From: Lingula anatina
Taxonomy: Eukaryota > Animalia > Brachiopoda
Length of the DNA: 64,000 nucleotides
Assembly: GCA_051362555.1 (NCBI GenBank)
Contig: CM120647.1
Span: forward strand, 16,220,651-16,284,650
Direction of reading: 5' to 3'
Made by a program: the position numbers and the translations under genes. This document shows, in pieces, positions 25,301 through 39,276 of this stretch (within the stretch, counting starts at the first letter, position 1; each line of letters starts with the position of its first letter). A model generated the notes under the pieces. The model was not told the origin of the DNA, searched no databases, and worked only from the letters and a program-made list of their open reading frames with translations.

Positions 25301-26587
25301 CCAACCCAAAGAAGAACGGCCGTAGCTACGACATTCGGGTTGACCTCAAGGATTTCACAGGTCACAGTGGATATGCCATCTTTTCTAATTTCTCCGTGAG
25401 CAATGCCAGCAGTGGATACAGGCTTTCAGTGGGAAAGATGCGCAATGGAACCATTGGTAATTTCATCTCTAAAATAATCATAACACCTTACGTTTGGTTC
25501 AAAGTTCTTTTTCAGGAAATGTGAATTTATTATATGTTTCATGTTTTTCATTTGAATACATGCAACAGGACGATCAAATATCTATTTTTTTAGAAGGAAG
25601 TATTTCCTTGCTATTCTATTGATATCATTTCATTTCATTCATTGCCACCAGAAACACAAAGCAGAAATGGTGACTGCAACAAAATAACCACCCCCATCTA
25701 AGTGGACAAAAAATGACAAAATGATTTCAAGCATTATTTTGTATCTTTAATTACAGGGGACTCCTTTGTTGGTGCCAGAAACATGAAGTTCTGCACCAAA
25801 GATCGAGACTGCAACAAAATGGCGGCAAAGCATCATGGCAGCTGGTGGTTCAGCAAGGACACGGAGGCAAACCTCAATGGGAACGGCAAAAGAAAAGGGA
25901 CCTACCATGCCAACTACGCTGATGGCATTTATTGGAAGACTTTCAAAGGAGTGTGGTATTCCTTAGAATCTACAAGAATGGCCATAAGACCTGTGGCAGT
26001 GCCAAGCAGTACAACTTCCACTACAAAAAGCACAACCACTTCTACAACCAAGAGTACTACAACTTCCACAACCACAAAGACTACGACCAAGAGTACTACA
26101 CCTTCTACAACTACAAGGACTACAACCAAGAGTACTCCATCTACAACCACCCTTAAAACTTCTACAACCACGCAAAAAATTCCAACTGGTAAGTGAAACG
26201 CTATACGGCTGTAATTGATTTCAAGTGGGACCTGTGTGTATATTCAATCCATAGAGGTCTGCCTCCTTGTTTATCTGTATGATATTTTTCCCTTACTGTT
26301 CCCAGATAGAGCCTGTACTCTGAGAGATGCTGACGGAAACAACAATGTCTACTACATCTATCCTGGAACCAAGTGTCAGAAGTTTGCAGAATATGCTGAG
26401 AAGGAACGATATGGCCGGGTGCTTGAGTGTCCCCCTGATACTGTGTTCAATGTACGGAATTGCCAATGTGATCATCCTGCTGCAACTATATGTCCAGGTT
26501 AGTCCTCTCTCTGTCTGTATGTATGTATGTATGTCTCTCTCTTACCCAGACATACAAACACACAAACACATACATAAATGCACACAT

Positions 26588-26628
<41 letters not shown>

Positions 26629-29600
26629 ACACATAAGAACACACATACATAAGAAAATTATCTCCCTTCTCTCTCTCGCTCTCTCACTCATATATGCACA
26701 CACACATTCTCTCTCACTCTCTCTCTCTCTCACACATACAAACACACACACAAACACATACACTTTCTCTTTCCCTCACACATACACACCTACACACACA
26801 CAGACAATCCACCTGTCCATCTTCACACAATATGCCTCTATCTGTCCCCAGCCTCTGAGCCACCCCTGGACTGTTCAGACCTGATGACATATGGACTGAA
26901 GGTGGACGGCATCTACGAGTTCAGTGTTGGCAATGACGTGCTGACAGCATCCTGTCTGCAGACTAAGATGGGAGGAGGATGGCTGGTGAGTTTGTGAGAT
27001 ATCCCACCACTGCCACCAATGTTAAATATACATAACTTAATATCCCAACTCTGCTTCCAATGTTAAACTTACTTATCTTGATAATTTACCATATTTAATA
27101 GATTTGTGACATCAAAAAGACTGAAAAAATACCAGTGTTCAATGCTTGCAGACTAATGCAAAAAAAAAGGGATGGTTAGTTATCAATTTGTGAACTATTG
27201 GATAATCCCACTGCTGCCACCAGTGTTGCATATACTTATAGATTATCATTTACTATATTAAATGAATTATAAACTGAAAATAAGAGACAACTAAGATTTC
27301 AATGTTGATAGTGATGTAAAAAGATATGCTTATAGACAAATACTTGAATAGGATGGCTAGCAAAGTTCTATTATACCACCCCTCTGCTGCCACCAGAGTA
27401 AGGGACCATTCATATGAAAAATCTATTTTCTAAAAATCTATTTTCTATTCGCGGTATCTTGTGATCACTCTGAGCGCAGCCGAGAATTAATTACAGCTCT
27501 GGAAGTAACTGGGTCCCGCTGCCAGTAATTACGCCGCGGGGTATTCAGGGCACAGACTGTGATCACAAGATACCGCGAATAGAAAATAGATTTTTTGAAA
27601 ATAGATTTTTCATATGAACGGTCCCTAAACCCCTGGATGTAAAATGGCCCATGGTCTTATATGACAGAAATAATAGAAATAATAGAACAAAACATTAAAC
27701 TTTCTTGAATGAATTTGCTATTATCTCTTTTTTTTTCAAAATGTAGTCTGATATAAAGCTGATTTTTTTTCAATTTATCAAACCATCTTCTTTATTTTTA
27801 TGTTGTATCTAAATATTAATTTGATATAGAGTTGCCTAACATGACGCCACAAAAAAACAGCTACCAAAGGTGAGTGTGCCATTTACATTTCAGTAATCAA
27901 AACTATCATCATCATCATCATTATGACTTTTTTAGGCAATCTGTCTTACATTAAATATATTATACATTTCAGATCATACAAAACCGTGAGTTGACCCACA
28001 ATCAGCCACCTCCCCTCAACTTCTCAGGGTACGGCTGGGACCACTATGCCAGGGGATTTGGTAGAGTGGGGTACGAGTTCTGGTGGGGTAGGTGGAGTTC
28101 TGAAATATTTTCCACATTTTCTTACTTAGATTTTGGATTTGGGAAATTCTTAATTCTCCAAGGGTATCTGAATATTTAGCAAATGCATTCTGCTGCATTT
28201 TTACCTTTTTCACAACTACAGTAACTTACAAATACTGAGTCATTAATATATTTAATAGCAATTATAACAACACTGAATATTATTGGACACAAATAATAAT
28301 AATACTACTGTTAATTATAATAATAATGAAAATTGAAATTAACAATAATACTAAAAACATAAATGAAAACACTGATACAATCCCTATTCCAGGTCTGGAG
28401 AAAATGAACCTGCTTACTAGTCTAAACAGATACGACCTTCACCTTATTCTACACGACTATGATTCCAACACAGCATCAGCCCAATACACGGGATTCTCTG
28501 TCGGCAATTCCAACAACGGATACAAACTGAACATTGGGAAATTTATGGGAGGAGATGCAGGTAATATGATGACGATTGCGTTAGCAGTGAAAGAATGCAT
28601 TAGGTGAGACAGAAATGTTTTAGGTGTATAGTGCATACGTGTGCGTATCTGTGAGTGTGTGTGCATGTAGGCACTAAGCCATCAGAAAAAGAAAGGAAAT
28701 TGCAGCAGTGATAAGATTTGACCATTACTTAAACAGCAGAACAATGTGTATTACATGCTACAATCAGAACAGTTGATCTGCAGATCAAGTAAAGCTTGGA
28801 ACTGTGATTTGATCAATTTAATTGCTATAGGCCCCTGCAGGCCTGGCATGTGTGGTAGGCATGGAGATCCTTAGGGGATAAGTGGCATGGTTTTCAAGAT
28901 GGGTGGAACATATTTGATCCACAGACCAGTTAGTCCTCGGATAATCTGTTCTGAATGGGGCCATACACATCAGCAAAAATAACACTGGATCCTTTGAGAA
29001 AGTAACTCAATGCATAGAAGACACTGGAAATTACATTAAAAAACTGTAGTGGCAAGAAAAAGAAAAGGAAGAAAAGACAAAAACTGTTTTGACAACACCT
29101 TCAATACTCTTTAAGAAAAACCCATATTAAATATATATACAGAATGGTTTCAATTAACAACATCTTAATGTTTTCCAACACCTCCAGGTGACTCTCTCAG
29201 TAGCAGCGAGGGCGTCAAGTTCTACACGCCAGACAAAGACAGCAGTAACAGTGATGCCGCAAAGCGACACGGGGGCTGGTGGTTCAACAAGGACAACATC
29301 ACGGCAAACCTGAATGGCAACCTAGCGAGAAGAGGGCGATATAACACCACCGTTGCTGATGGAATCTTCTGGAAAAGCTGGCATGGGCAGTGGTACTCCC
29401 TGTCAGCCACTACCATGATGATAAAACCATCTGTGATGAGCAAGTTTGAACATTAAGGAACAATTTAAAACTTAAAATGGAAGGTTAAGTGCACCTGAGC
29501 CCATGGAAAAAGACATCCAAAACTTAAAATGTCTTCTACATGGTGTCTGAACTTAAAACAAACCAAAAATACTTTAAATTAACTCTTGTGGTTTAACATA

Positions 29601-32600
29601 TCTTTCTAAGGCTAAAAATATCAAAATTTGAAGTGGAATCCTTTCTCCAGTAACTGTTGCCAGCCTAAATTCAAATATATTTTTTAATATGAGGTTGATG
29701 TTATTGACTGTCATATTCTGAAGGAGGCTCATATGGAAAGTTCCAGGGTCTAATTGAAAAAATGAACCTTATGCTCTATGGATTTCAAAATAAATTCAAG
29801 GGAAAAAACTGAACTTCAGTTTCAACCATTCAACCAATTTTAATTACAAAACACAAACAAAACGTACATCATATCCTTAATCACTGTTAAAATTACAACC
29901 AGACCCCAGTTTACCCATCCAATCCCCCTAAATACCCCCCCTCCCCCGATTTCCAACCTAAAGCACAAAATATTATGCTTATTTTATGCCAATGAATATT
30001 CCAACTCACTGATAAGTAGTGCACTTTATACTTAAATCAAATAACAAATGTATCAAATGACAAACTTTATCGCTAGTCCTCCTGACCTCTAGACATTTTA
30101 CCTTAATGCACTTCAAAAGATAAGACTTGCAATCATAGTCCATCAATGATTTCACAAAACAGAAATGATAAAATCACACCGAATTCATCACTTGATGTAC
30201 CACAAAAGATAAAATTTCCATCATTGTCCATCAATGATTTAATAAAGCAGTAAAACAATAAAAACTACATTTAATTTATCACTTGGTGCACTACAAAAGA
30301 TAAACTTCCAATCATTGTCGATCAATGATTTCATAAAGCAGTAAAACAATAAAAACTGCATTTAATTTATCACTTGGTGCACTACAAAAGATAAACTTCC
30401 AATCACGAGACAAACAATTCCATAAAACAGAAACAATGAAATAATCACCACTATCATCAGTACCAGGGTTTAACAGGCACACCCTGACTGTGTACTTATT
30501 TATAATAAATCCTTGCCAAAAAAGATATAAATGTAACAATGAGATATACACATACAGGGGCGGATCCAGAGCTTTTTTCTGACAGTCTTCCAAATTATCT
30601 TTGTTGATCCATCCTCCATTTTTGACCGTCTTCCGACAGAAAAAATTGGATACCCTTCAATGTAAACTTAAATATCTGACCGTCTTCTAGAAGACCCAAA
30701 AGATGGCTTCAATCCGCCCCTGACATAGCAGTAAAATCAGATGAAACATATTCTCCCATTCACAACCCTCTGCCAGGGTCACATACAGATTTTTTTCACT
30801 ATACATTCACAGATATTTCTCTAGATAAATCTGTACACATTTCTGTACTGTCAGAGACAATTTTCCTACAGAATTTTTTTTAATTTTCTTTTTATTTCTG
30901 TTTAAAAATTCAATATGACGACGTTGCATGAGTAATCTTTATACCAAGAAAAATTGGGCATGATGCTTCTTTCAGTTTATATGTTATCTGGAATTTACTG
31001 GAATATTTGAGGTGGTGGGAAGCTGTCATTTTGTCTATAATACTGGAGACATACGTCTATTAAATCATCTTTTTCTCACTCCTTTCATTTTTTAAGAGTT
31101 AAGAAAGAAAAACAGAAAAGGCATTACAAAAACTTGCAAATATCTGTCTCAGTACCTCTTCCATTGATGAAAAACTAGGTAAATGTTCTATTACATCTTA
31201 TTTCAGCCATGTAAAAAAATAAATCAAAAAGAAAATAAAAGACAGTAATTATGCCTTCCTGTGATACACATTTTCCTCTGTTTCCATGAATATTTATGTA
31301 CATTTAATTTTTTTCTGGGAAATTTCAATCATTATTATTAAACAACTTTTAAACAAATAGACACATCACATCCAAAAACAGTTGTTAAAATCACAACCAG
31401 TACCCCCCCCCCTCAAAAAAAAAAAAAAATACTCCGATTTGCAAGGACAAAATAAAATTTGTATTACGTGCCTATGATTATCGCAACTCACTGATATGAA
31501 GTGCACTTTATACTTAAATCAAATAACAAATGTATCAAATGACACAAGTTATCACAAGTCTCCCTGACCTCTAGACATTTTACCTTAACGCACTTCAAAA
31601 GATAAGACTTCCAATCATAGTCCATCCATGATGAAACAGAAACAATAAAATCACATGATCACTTGCTGCACTAAAAAAAGATAAACTTCCAATCACGAGA
31701 CAAACAATTACATAAATCAAAAACAATTAAACTGTGTTAATGATTGATGCCATTGTACATAAGATAAGCTTCAAATAATTATCTATCAAAGACACAATAG
31801 AATTAGATCATCACTATTATCAGTACCAAGACATAACAGGCACACCCCGACTGAGTACTTATTAAGAAGTCCTTGTCAAAAAACATATAAATGTGACAAA
31901 GGAAAATCATTAACTGCTGGAATAACTCATCAACTGCAAACACAAAGGACGAACAATTCCATAAAACAGAAACAACAGAGTTAGATCATCACTATCATCA
32001 GTACCATGGTATAACAGGCACACCCTGACTGAGTGCTTATTAAGAAGCCCTTGCCCAAAAAAGTTATAAATGTGACAATGGGATGTATCATGAAAATAAT
32101 TAACTGCTGAGATAACTCATCAACTGCAAACACAAAAGATAAACTTCCAATCAAAAGACAAACAATTCCATAAAACAGAAACAATAAAACTGTGTTACTG
32201 GTTGACGCAATACATAAGATAAACTTCAAATCCTTAACTATGAAGGATTTCATAAAACAGAAACAACAGAATTAGATCATCACTATCATCAGTGCCATGG
32301 TATAACAGGCACGTCCTGGCTGTGCACTTTTTAAGTCTGCCAAAAAAGATACAACTGTAACAATGGGATGTAGCAGGAAAATCATTAACAAATATTTTCC
32401 AATTCACTACCTTCTACCAGGGTCACATAGAGATTTTTTAAACAATATATTCACAGATATTTCTCTAGCTTATTATGTGCACATTTTGTGCTGTACAGTG
32501 AAAAAAGATTATGCTCAGCTAGCCTCTTGTAGTGAGCATCAACTTAATGCTGAGATATCTCATTAATTGTAAACACATCAGGTACTTCTATATTTTATCT

Positions 32601-35450
32601 CTTCAAGCCAGTGTTGTTTATAGGATAGATGATAAAGTTTTGTCAAAGATATTTATTTTGGAGACAGATCCACACACAGGCAGTTAATAATTTCCAATTC
32701 ACCATAATTACTCAAATTCAAAGTATATCAAGTCTAATTTCAACATTATCTTCTTAATATCTATCATTCTTGAGCTTGTTATCTTTTTCATATTTCACTA
32801 AAATATTTTTTTTTTGGAAAAAATGTCATCTAACCTCGTTTGACTTTTATAAAAATTTTCTAGAATTGTCTTAAAGTTTATCAAGCAATCACACTTTTTG
32901 TCTTAAAGTCTGTTTACCAAGCACAGTATTTGACTCTCCAAATCCATCACAATCTGACTTCAAATGTTTACTGATCAGATACAGAAATAGGCCACCATCT
33001 ATAGCCTTCTACTGAACAACATGGCCTCCCTTGGTCTTGTGGTTGTTTCTGTTCTGCTCATGACAGCACTTGTAGCTGGTAAGTATAACAGTTACTGTCC
33101 AGATAAGCAGGCTCATAGCCAGGCATTTCAAAGGGTAATAAAGAGGGGGGTTCTTTTTCTCAAATAATGGACCTTTAACCATGAACTCTTCGTGTACCTA
33201 GATCAACTTTTACCAACATTGGACCTTTTTACCTGGCAAAAACCATGAAAAGGAGCGCTTTACTCTAATCCACCTTCCCCCCAACCTCCCTGGCTACAGG
33301 CATGACATGTATGATGGTTATACTTATTTACATATATGTTGTTATATTTATTTATTATATAGCAAATTTAAACTACTAAAACATTTACTGGATTATTCTA
33401 ATTTATTATTGCTTTAACTTAATCTTTACACACATTGTGCATTGAGAGGTTTAAATATGTCTGTGATGATCTACATGACCAGGAGTACATGGATTTGGTG
33501 AGCTTATAAATAAGTCATTATCCAACTATTTTATGTGACACATCTTTCTCTCAGACATTGCCAAAATACATCAAAATATTACCAAACTTTTCTTTAAAAG
33601 ATGAGAGAATAAGTAACTCTGCTTTCTAAGAGACAAGAGAAGTTATCCAACTATTTGGCATATTATAATGAGATAATAGAATTTCTCAAGCTACCTTTTC
33701 CCCAAGACAAGAGACAAGAAAAATCATCAATTTTCACCCTAAAAAATTTGGGGAATTATTAAACTTTCTCTGCACATAGATGACAAAAAGGTCAAATTCT
33801 CTCTTCTCTAAGAAATAAGAAAAAATACTGTGATACCTTTAAAACATGAAGAAATTATCAAACTATTCCCTTTCCAGGATTTGACAGAAAAATGGCAAAA
33901 AAATGCTAAAGCCTATGAAGATCAACTTTCACCACAGCTCGCCAAAACGTGTCCGGAACCGCACAAATTTAGATATAAACGTAATTTGGAATTAGGCCCG
34001 AAATACGGACACCGTTGGAAACTTTTAGATAGGATAACGCTTTCGTATAACCTCCCAGATTCGCGGTCGAAATCTTTACGTCCAAACACTACAGAGGAAA
34101 TCCACACTGACAAAAATGACCAGTTTCAATCGTTTAATGTGAACTCGTTGCCTGCTCAGGTACATTCTGATTCCCTATTCAATATTACACACTTTTAGTA
34201 CGTACTCCAGCCAATGGCTTCATACGCTTCCTTATCACTGGCTTCTTAATGCGACAGTTAAACAAGCCTTACTCAGCCTCTTCAAAATTGACACAATGTA
34301 TTATAGAGAAAACAATAAAAGTTATGACTTGAAATTATTGACATCGTCCATGAATTATTAAATGTCTCCGACATATTCCTCCCTTTATTATACAAAACAA
34401 AAGTTAAACCTACATAAAAACCTAAATCATAAAATAAAATCATTTTTCACAGCTCTCATATGTCCTCTAACCAATTCCAGATGCAGTGGTGAATAATTCA
34501 TGCACAGTATCTTCAGGAAACGTGTACGTCATCTATCCTGGCTCTAACTGTTCTGTATTCGCACACTGGGCCACCAATAATTCCTCAGGTAGTCTTCAGT
34601 ACTGCCCGAAAGGACTGAAGTTTAACACTGTACCATGCCAATGTGATCTGGCTTCCAAGGTACAGTGCCCAGGTAAATTTTGGAATTATTTGTAAATCTT
34701 TATAGTAGGTTTCACTTTTTTATATTGATAAGTGGGCAATTTCCTGATACTCTACTAATAAATACAAACACTTAACTCAAATTCAAAGTGATATAATGTA
34801 TCAAGACTCCCCACACAGTTTTTTTTTAATTATTTCTAAATGTATAAAAATGTTCCACCTTCTCCAAAAATGTACATAATTTACTTTTAAAATTCTAAGC
34901 CAAAATAAGTAAAAAATCCAATTTAACACTGAAAAAATATCTTGTTTTCGTGGTTATTAGGTTAAACCAAACTCCTGTAAATTTTCACGACTCATATTAA
35001 GAACAATAATAACCATATAATAAAATCTTTGTTTTAGGGGAGGGAAAAAGCTTTTCTTTGTTATATTTGCATTTAATTATGTAACCTGAGACAAATCACC
35101 ATATTACATGTATCATTTTAACAGAATTTAAATATTAAAAAAGATATTATTATAATTGTTTGTTTGTCTGTTTGCTATTGGTAAAACCCAGTCTCCAAGC
35201 CTCCTCTGGACTGTGTAGACCTCCCACCAGCAGGGATCAATGTGTCTGGGATCTATAACTTCACTGTGAACTCACAGGAGATGACAGCTTACTGTGACAT
35301 GGTGACACCTGGTGGCGGATGGCTGGTAGGATTTCTCCTTCAGTCCCCAACCCCCAACAATCAACACCCTTTCTTTCTCTATCTATCTCTCTCCTTCACA
35401 CACACACACATACACACACACACACACACATCTCACTCACAAGCACATTG

Positions 35451-35484
<34 letters not shown>

Positions 35485-38400
35485 ACACACACACTAGGAA
35501 AAATTTAACATACATTTCATTTTCTTTTGAGATTTCCTTGGCTTAATAACCTCTTTCCACATTTTCTATATATTCTAAAACATGTAAATTTGTTTGATAA
35601 AAACTTTCTAAAGTGACAGGATGTTGTATATCCATATAAATATCAAAAGATGCATCAAGCTTTTCAAGTAAAATTCCATTCCAGGTATTTCAAAGGCGAG
35701 AGACCAGTATTCAAAAGCCTCTGGACTTTTACCAGGGGTTTGTTGCTTACAAGAATGGTTTTGGGCAACTTGGATTTGAATTTTGGTGGGGTAAGTGATT
35801 TGCTTTTATTTATTTTTTGTCCTAAAATATTCAATAATGCTCAATGACAAAGTTGAGTCTGTGACCCCATTCCCACAGATTTTAGATCAATCTACCCCCC
35901 TGGGGAGTCTCACAAGATTACTGTCAGCTCAGCAGGCTTAAATGTCTGTCCAGCCTACTAAAAGCTGTAAGGGGGTAATTAACTGTTGAGCGCGCTCGGC
36001 TGACTCCCCCAGGGAGTTAGGTCAATCTAGATGGATCGATCTAAATCTCTGGAAATGCAGTCTGTGTCTCTGTATGAATGCATAAACAAATTGACTTTAT
36101 AGGATTTTTAATGAAACTAAAATATTATAAACTTATTTCCTTTTTCAAATGAACTCTTATTCCATAGTAACAAAAAAAAAAGAAAAAAAAACATCAGGCA
36201 ATAGCCAATTAAAGTAATATACACTTTACCTGAAATTTACTTTATTTAATTCTATTCATAATAATTTATTTTAATCAACACACAAACAATACTGTCCCAA
36301 TTAATAAAGAGCTATCTTTAACCAAGAACTTCAGAACTTCTACCAGTTAACACAGACAGCAAATATCTACAGATGATTTTCTTAGTTGTAAATACAACTT
36401 CATAAGTATTACAAAAACTGTTAAAATAATATAGAGACATCTTTTTCTAGGACTTCAAAACCTCTACAAGTTAACAAATCCAGCAAATAATTTCCGTACA
36501 TATTACCTTCGAGTTGATCTCAAGGACTTTAATGGCAAGACGGGATACGGATACTTCTCAAATTTCTACATAGGTCAGCCTAGTGATGGATACAGACTTT
36601 ATCTTGGTGATCTCAAAGAGGGCATTATTGGTGGGTTTTTTAAATAAGCTAGTTGTTTGATAATTATTGTCATATATGATCAAACTACCTAGCTAATGAA
36701 CATTTTTGCTCAAGCTTAGACCTGTAAAAGGAACACTAGAAAAGTACAGACCAAAAGTTGGTCAACTGTGTTGCATAAAATGATGTATATAGTTGAACAT
36801 TGATGATTTAGTCTCCCAGAATGCTTTGGAATAAAAATATTCAAAACATTTTGGGATATACTATTAAATTTTAGTCTGTGCTGGAGTCCCTAAAGTAAGT
36901 TTCAAAACATTTTTAATAACAAGAAGAGGTAAAAATGATCAAATTCTAACCTAAATTTAAAATATTAATTGTGTTTAAAAAACCCTTCTTATTTTAAATA
37001 GGAGATTCATTTATTGGTATCAAAAACATGACATTCTGCACCAAAGATGCTGACTGCAACAACATGGCTTCCACCCATCATGGCGGCTGGTGGTACAGCG
37101 ATGATACTCGTACCAATCTAAACGGCAATGGTACGCATCGAGGTAACTACACTGGAGATGTTCCCGATGGTGTCTACTACAAAACTTTCGGAGGTGTTTG
37201 GTACTCTCTCGAGACCACCAGAATGGCTGTCATACCCTTATACACATCCAGAGAGACACCTCCTTAAGGCAGAAAATGTCCTTTTACATGTAATATGTAA
37301 TTACCTCAAAAATATATATTTTTGATTTTATCAATCTTTTTTCTTTAACACCAAGGTACACCTTGTCCAAAGCTGTAGTGAAAATAAGGATATATTAACC
37401 CGTTTTTGAGTTCAATTTCTATTTTCTTTTTATTACATCATGACTAAAATCCAATGTCTCTATCTCCATTAATTACATATATGAGTATGACTTTTATGTT
37501 TCAAATAAAGTATTTGAAACCAGATTTTTTTTCTGTTTTAAAATTCAATTCAGTTTGCTGTAGCCCATCTTCAGTATTGTTTTCACATCAGTGATATCAC
37601 TCTGTAGGTCTAATGAATTTTTTATCTATAAGAAATAAAAAGAAACAAGATTTATTTCTGGTTGTTATCTGTTGTGGTTCTTATTTAATTAAGAGGTCTG
37701 CAGAGAAGAGGTCCCAAAAAAGGTGGACCAATCTTCAGCGTAAATGATCAATTACTTCATTTATATCTGTTTAATTGAAAAGCTGAGATGTCATATTTAT
37801 TATTAGCATTACTACGTAGATAATACTCTATCAAAGAACATTTCAGCAATTAAAAAATATTTGCAAAATTCTGATGCAAGCACTTGTAAGATGCCAAAAC
37901 CAAATGGAATCTGAATTCAAAGACACAGCAATCAAGCCTTTCTGAACACTCACTAATTCAATCCAAACTTAGAGGCCTTACTTCAACTAATTAACCTCTA
38001 TCATTTTTCTACAGCTGATGTTTATGAAAATCCCACGAGTTTAGACAAGTTTATAATTTCACCAACTCTGTGGGGATATTAAATCAGAGCCAATTTCAGA
38101 GTGAATATATATATATAGTATCTAATCTGATGTGAGGATGACTTTTGTCCTAAAACACTCCACCTATTTTTCAGACGGTTTTAGAATTTGCCTAATCATT
38201 ACCACTGTTACAATCAGGAGGTGTAAAATTACCTAATGTCCATATAAAGCATAATATGGTAAGTGCTTACAATTTTCAAACCACTACACTTGTTTTTCTG
38301 GCAATATACTTCTTCAACATTAAATTTGATCATTTTAGGCATTCAGAACACTATACATTCAGAACAATATACTTTTTAACACTAACAAAATTTACAAAAC

Positions 38401-39232
38401 TTTTAAATTAACAAGATTATAATTTTTAAAATAACCAGGGGGGGGGGGAGGGAGATAATTAATTCTCGTTGTTAGAATTTACAGAGTAATCACTGTGCCA
38501 ATGAAATTTCTCTGATAAAAAACTAAATCTCAGTCAGCCACTCCCAAACTGTTCCCTTTATTCCAGATTAGTGCCTGATAATGAAGCTGTTGGCTATATA
38601 TTAGGGAGTCATTAAAGAGAACTTGGTCACTACTGCTTTCAGCAACATGGGGTCCGTCTGGTTTGCTGTTGTTTCAGTTCTGGTTTTGCTGCAGCTGAGC
38701 TTTGCTGGTAGGTATTGAACACCATGTTAAGTTTTTTCTTTGCATTTTTTAAAAATATTTATTTATTGTAACTTTGTACAGCAATTTGGCTTTTTCTTTT
38801 ATTTTTAATCTGTTGCACTTAACTTAAATCTTTCTGAAAATAGGAACTTTCTTTGCATAGAACTAAATAATTTTAGCTGCAAAACTGCATACCATATTAT
38901 AATAAACTTCATACAGACATTGTTTTTAATTTTTTTCTTAATTTTCTTACAGCACAAGTATTAACGTTTTGATGGCAGACAAATATCAGCATTTGTTCAG
39001 GCATTTTATTCTATTTTATTAAGCTGAAATTGCCATCACAGACAAAGTTCAGCACAACCCATGCGGTCTGAAATTGAACACTAAACACAGGGTTGTTCCA
39101 AATCAGAATCATGTTTTTATATCTGGGAATTCCTTTCTTACATAAAAGGCTATATTTGCTTTATTTATTTATTTAGTATTTATTTATTTCATTGTTTACT
39201 CCTTTCTTTATTTTAAATTATCTATTGATTTC

Positions 39233-39276
<44 letters not shown>

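Noticed and set aside
25929-26175. Val-rich and Cys/Gly-rich minus-strand ORFs (also 47110-47313)
   Set aside because: Antisense shadows of the Thr/Ser-rich linker exons.
26327-26884. 185-aa ORF, and similar HTHTHT/LSLSLS ORFs at 35319, 39305 and 40999
   Set aside because: Off-frame or intron read-through across (CT)n/(CA)n microsatellites.
30110-30420. CRISPR-like or snoRNA-array appearance of regularly spaced repeats
   Set aside because: The intervening sequences are themselves homologous, there are no cas genes and the context is eukaryotic; no consistent C/D box pairs with terminal stems could be identified.
33830-34198. 122-aa ORF in gene B intron 1
   Set aside because: It spans the edge of a ~440-bp CpG-rich insertion that is absent from the gene C paralogue; no recognisable domain, and the element ends could not be defined.
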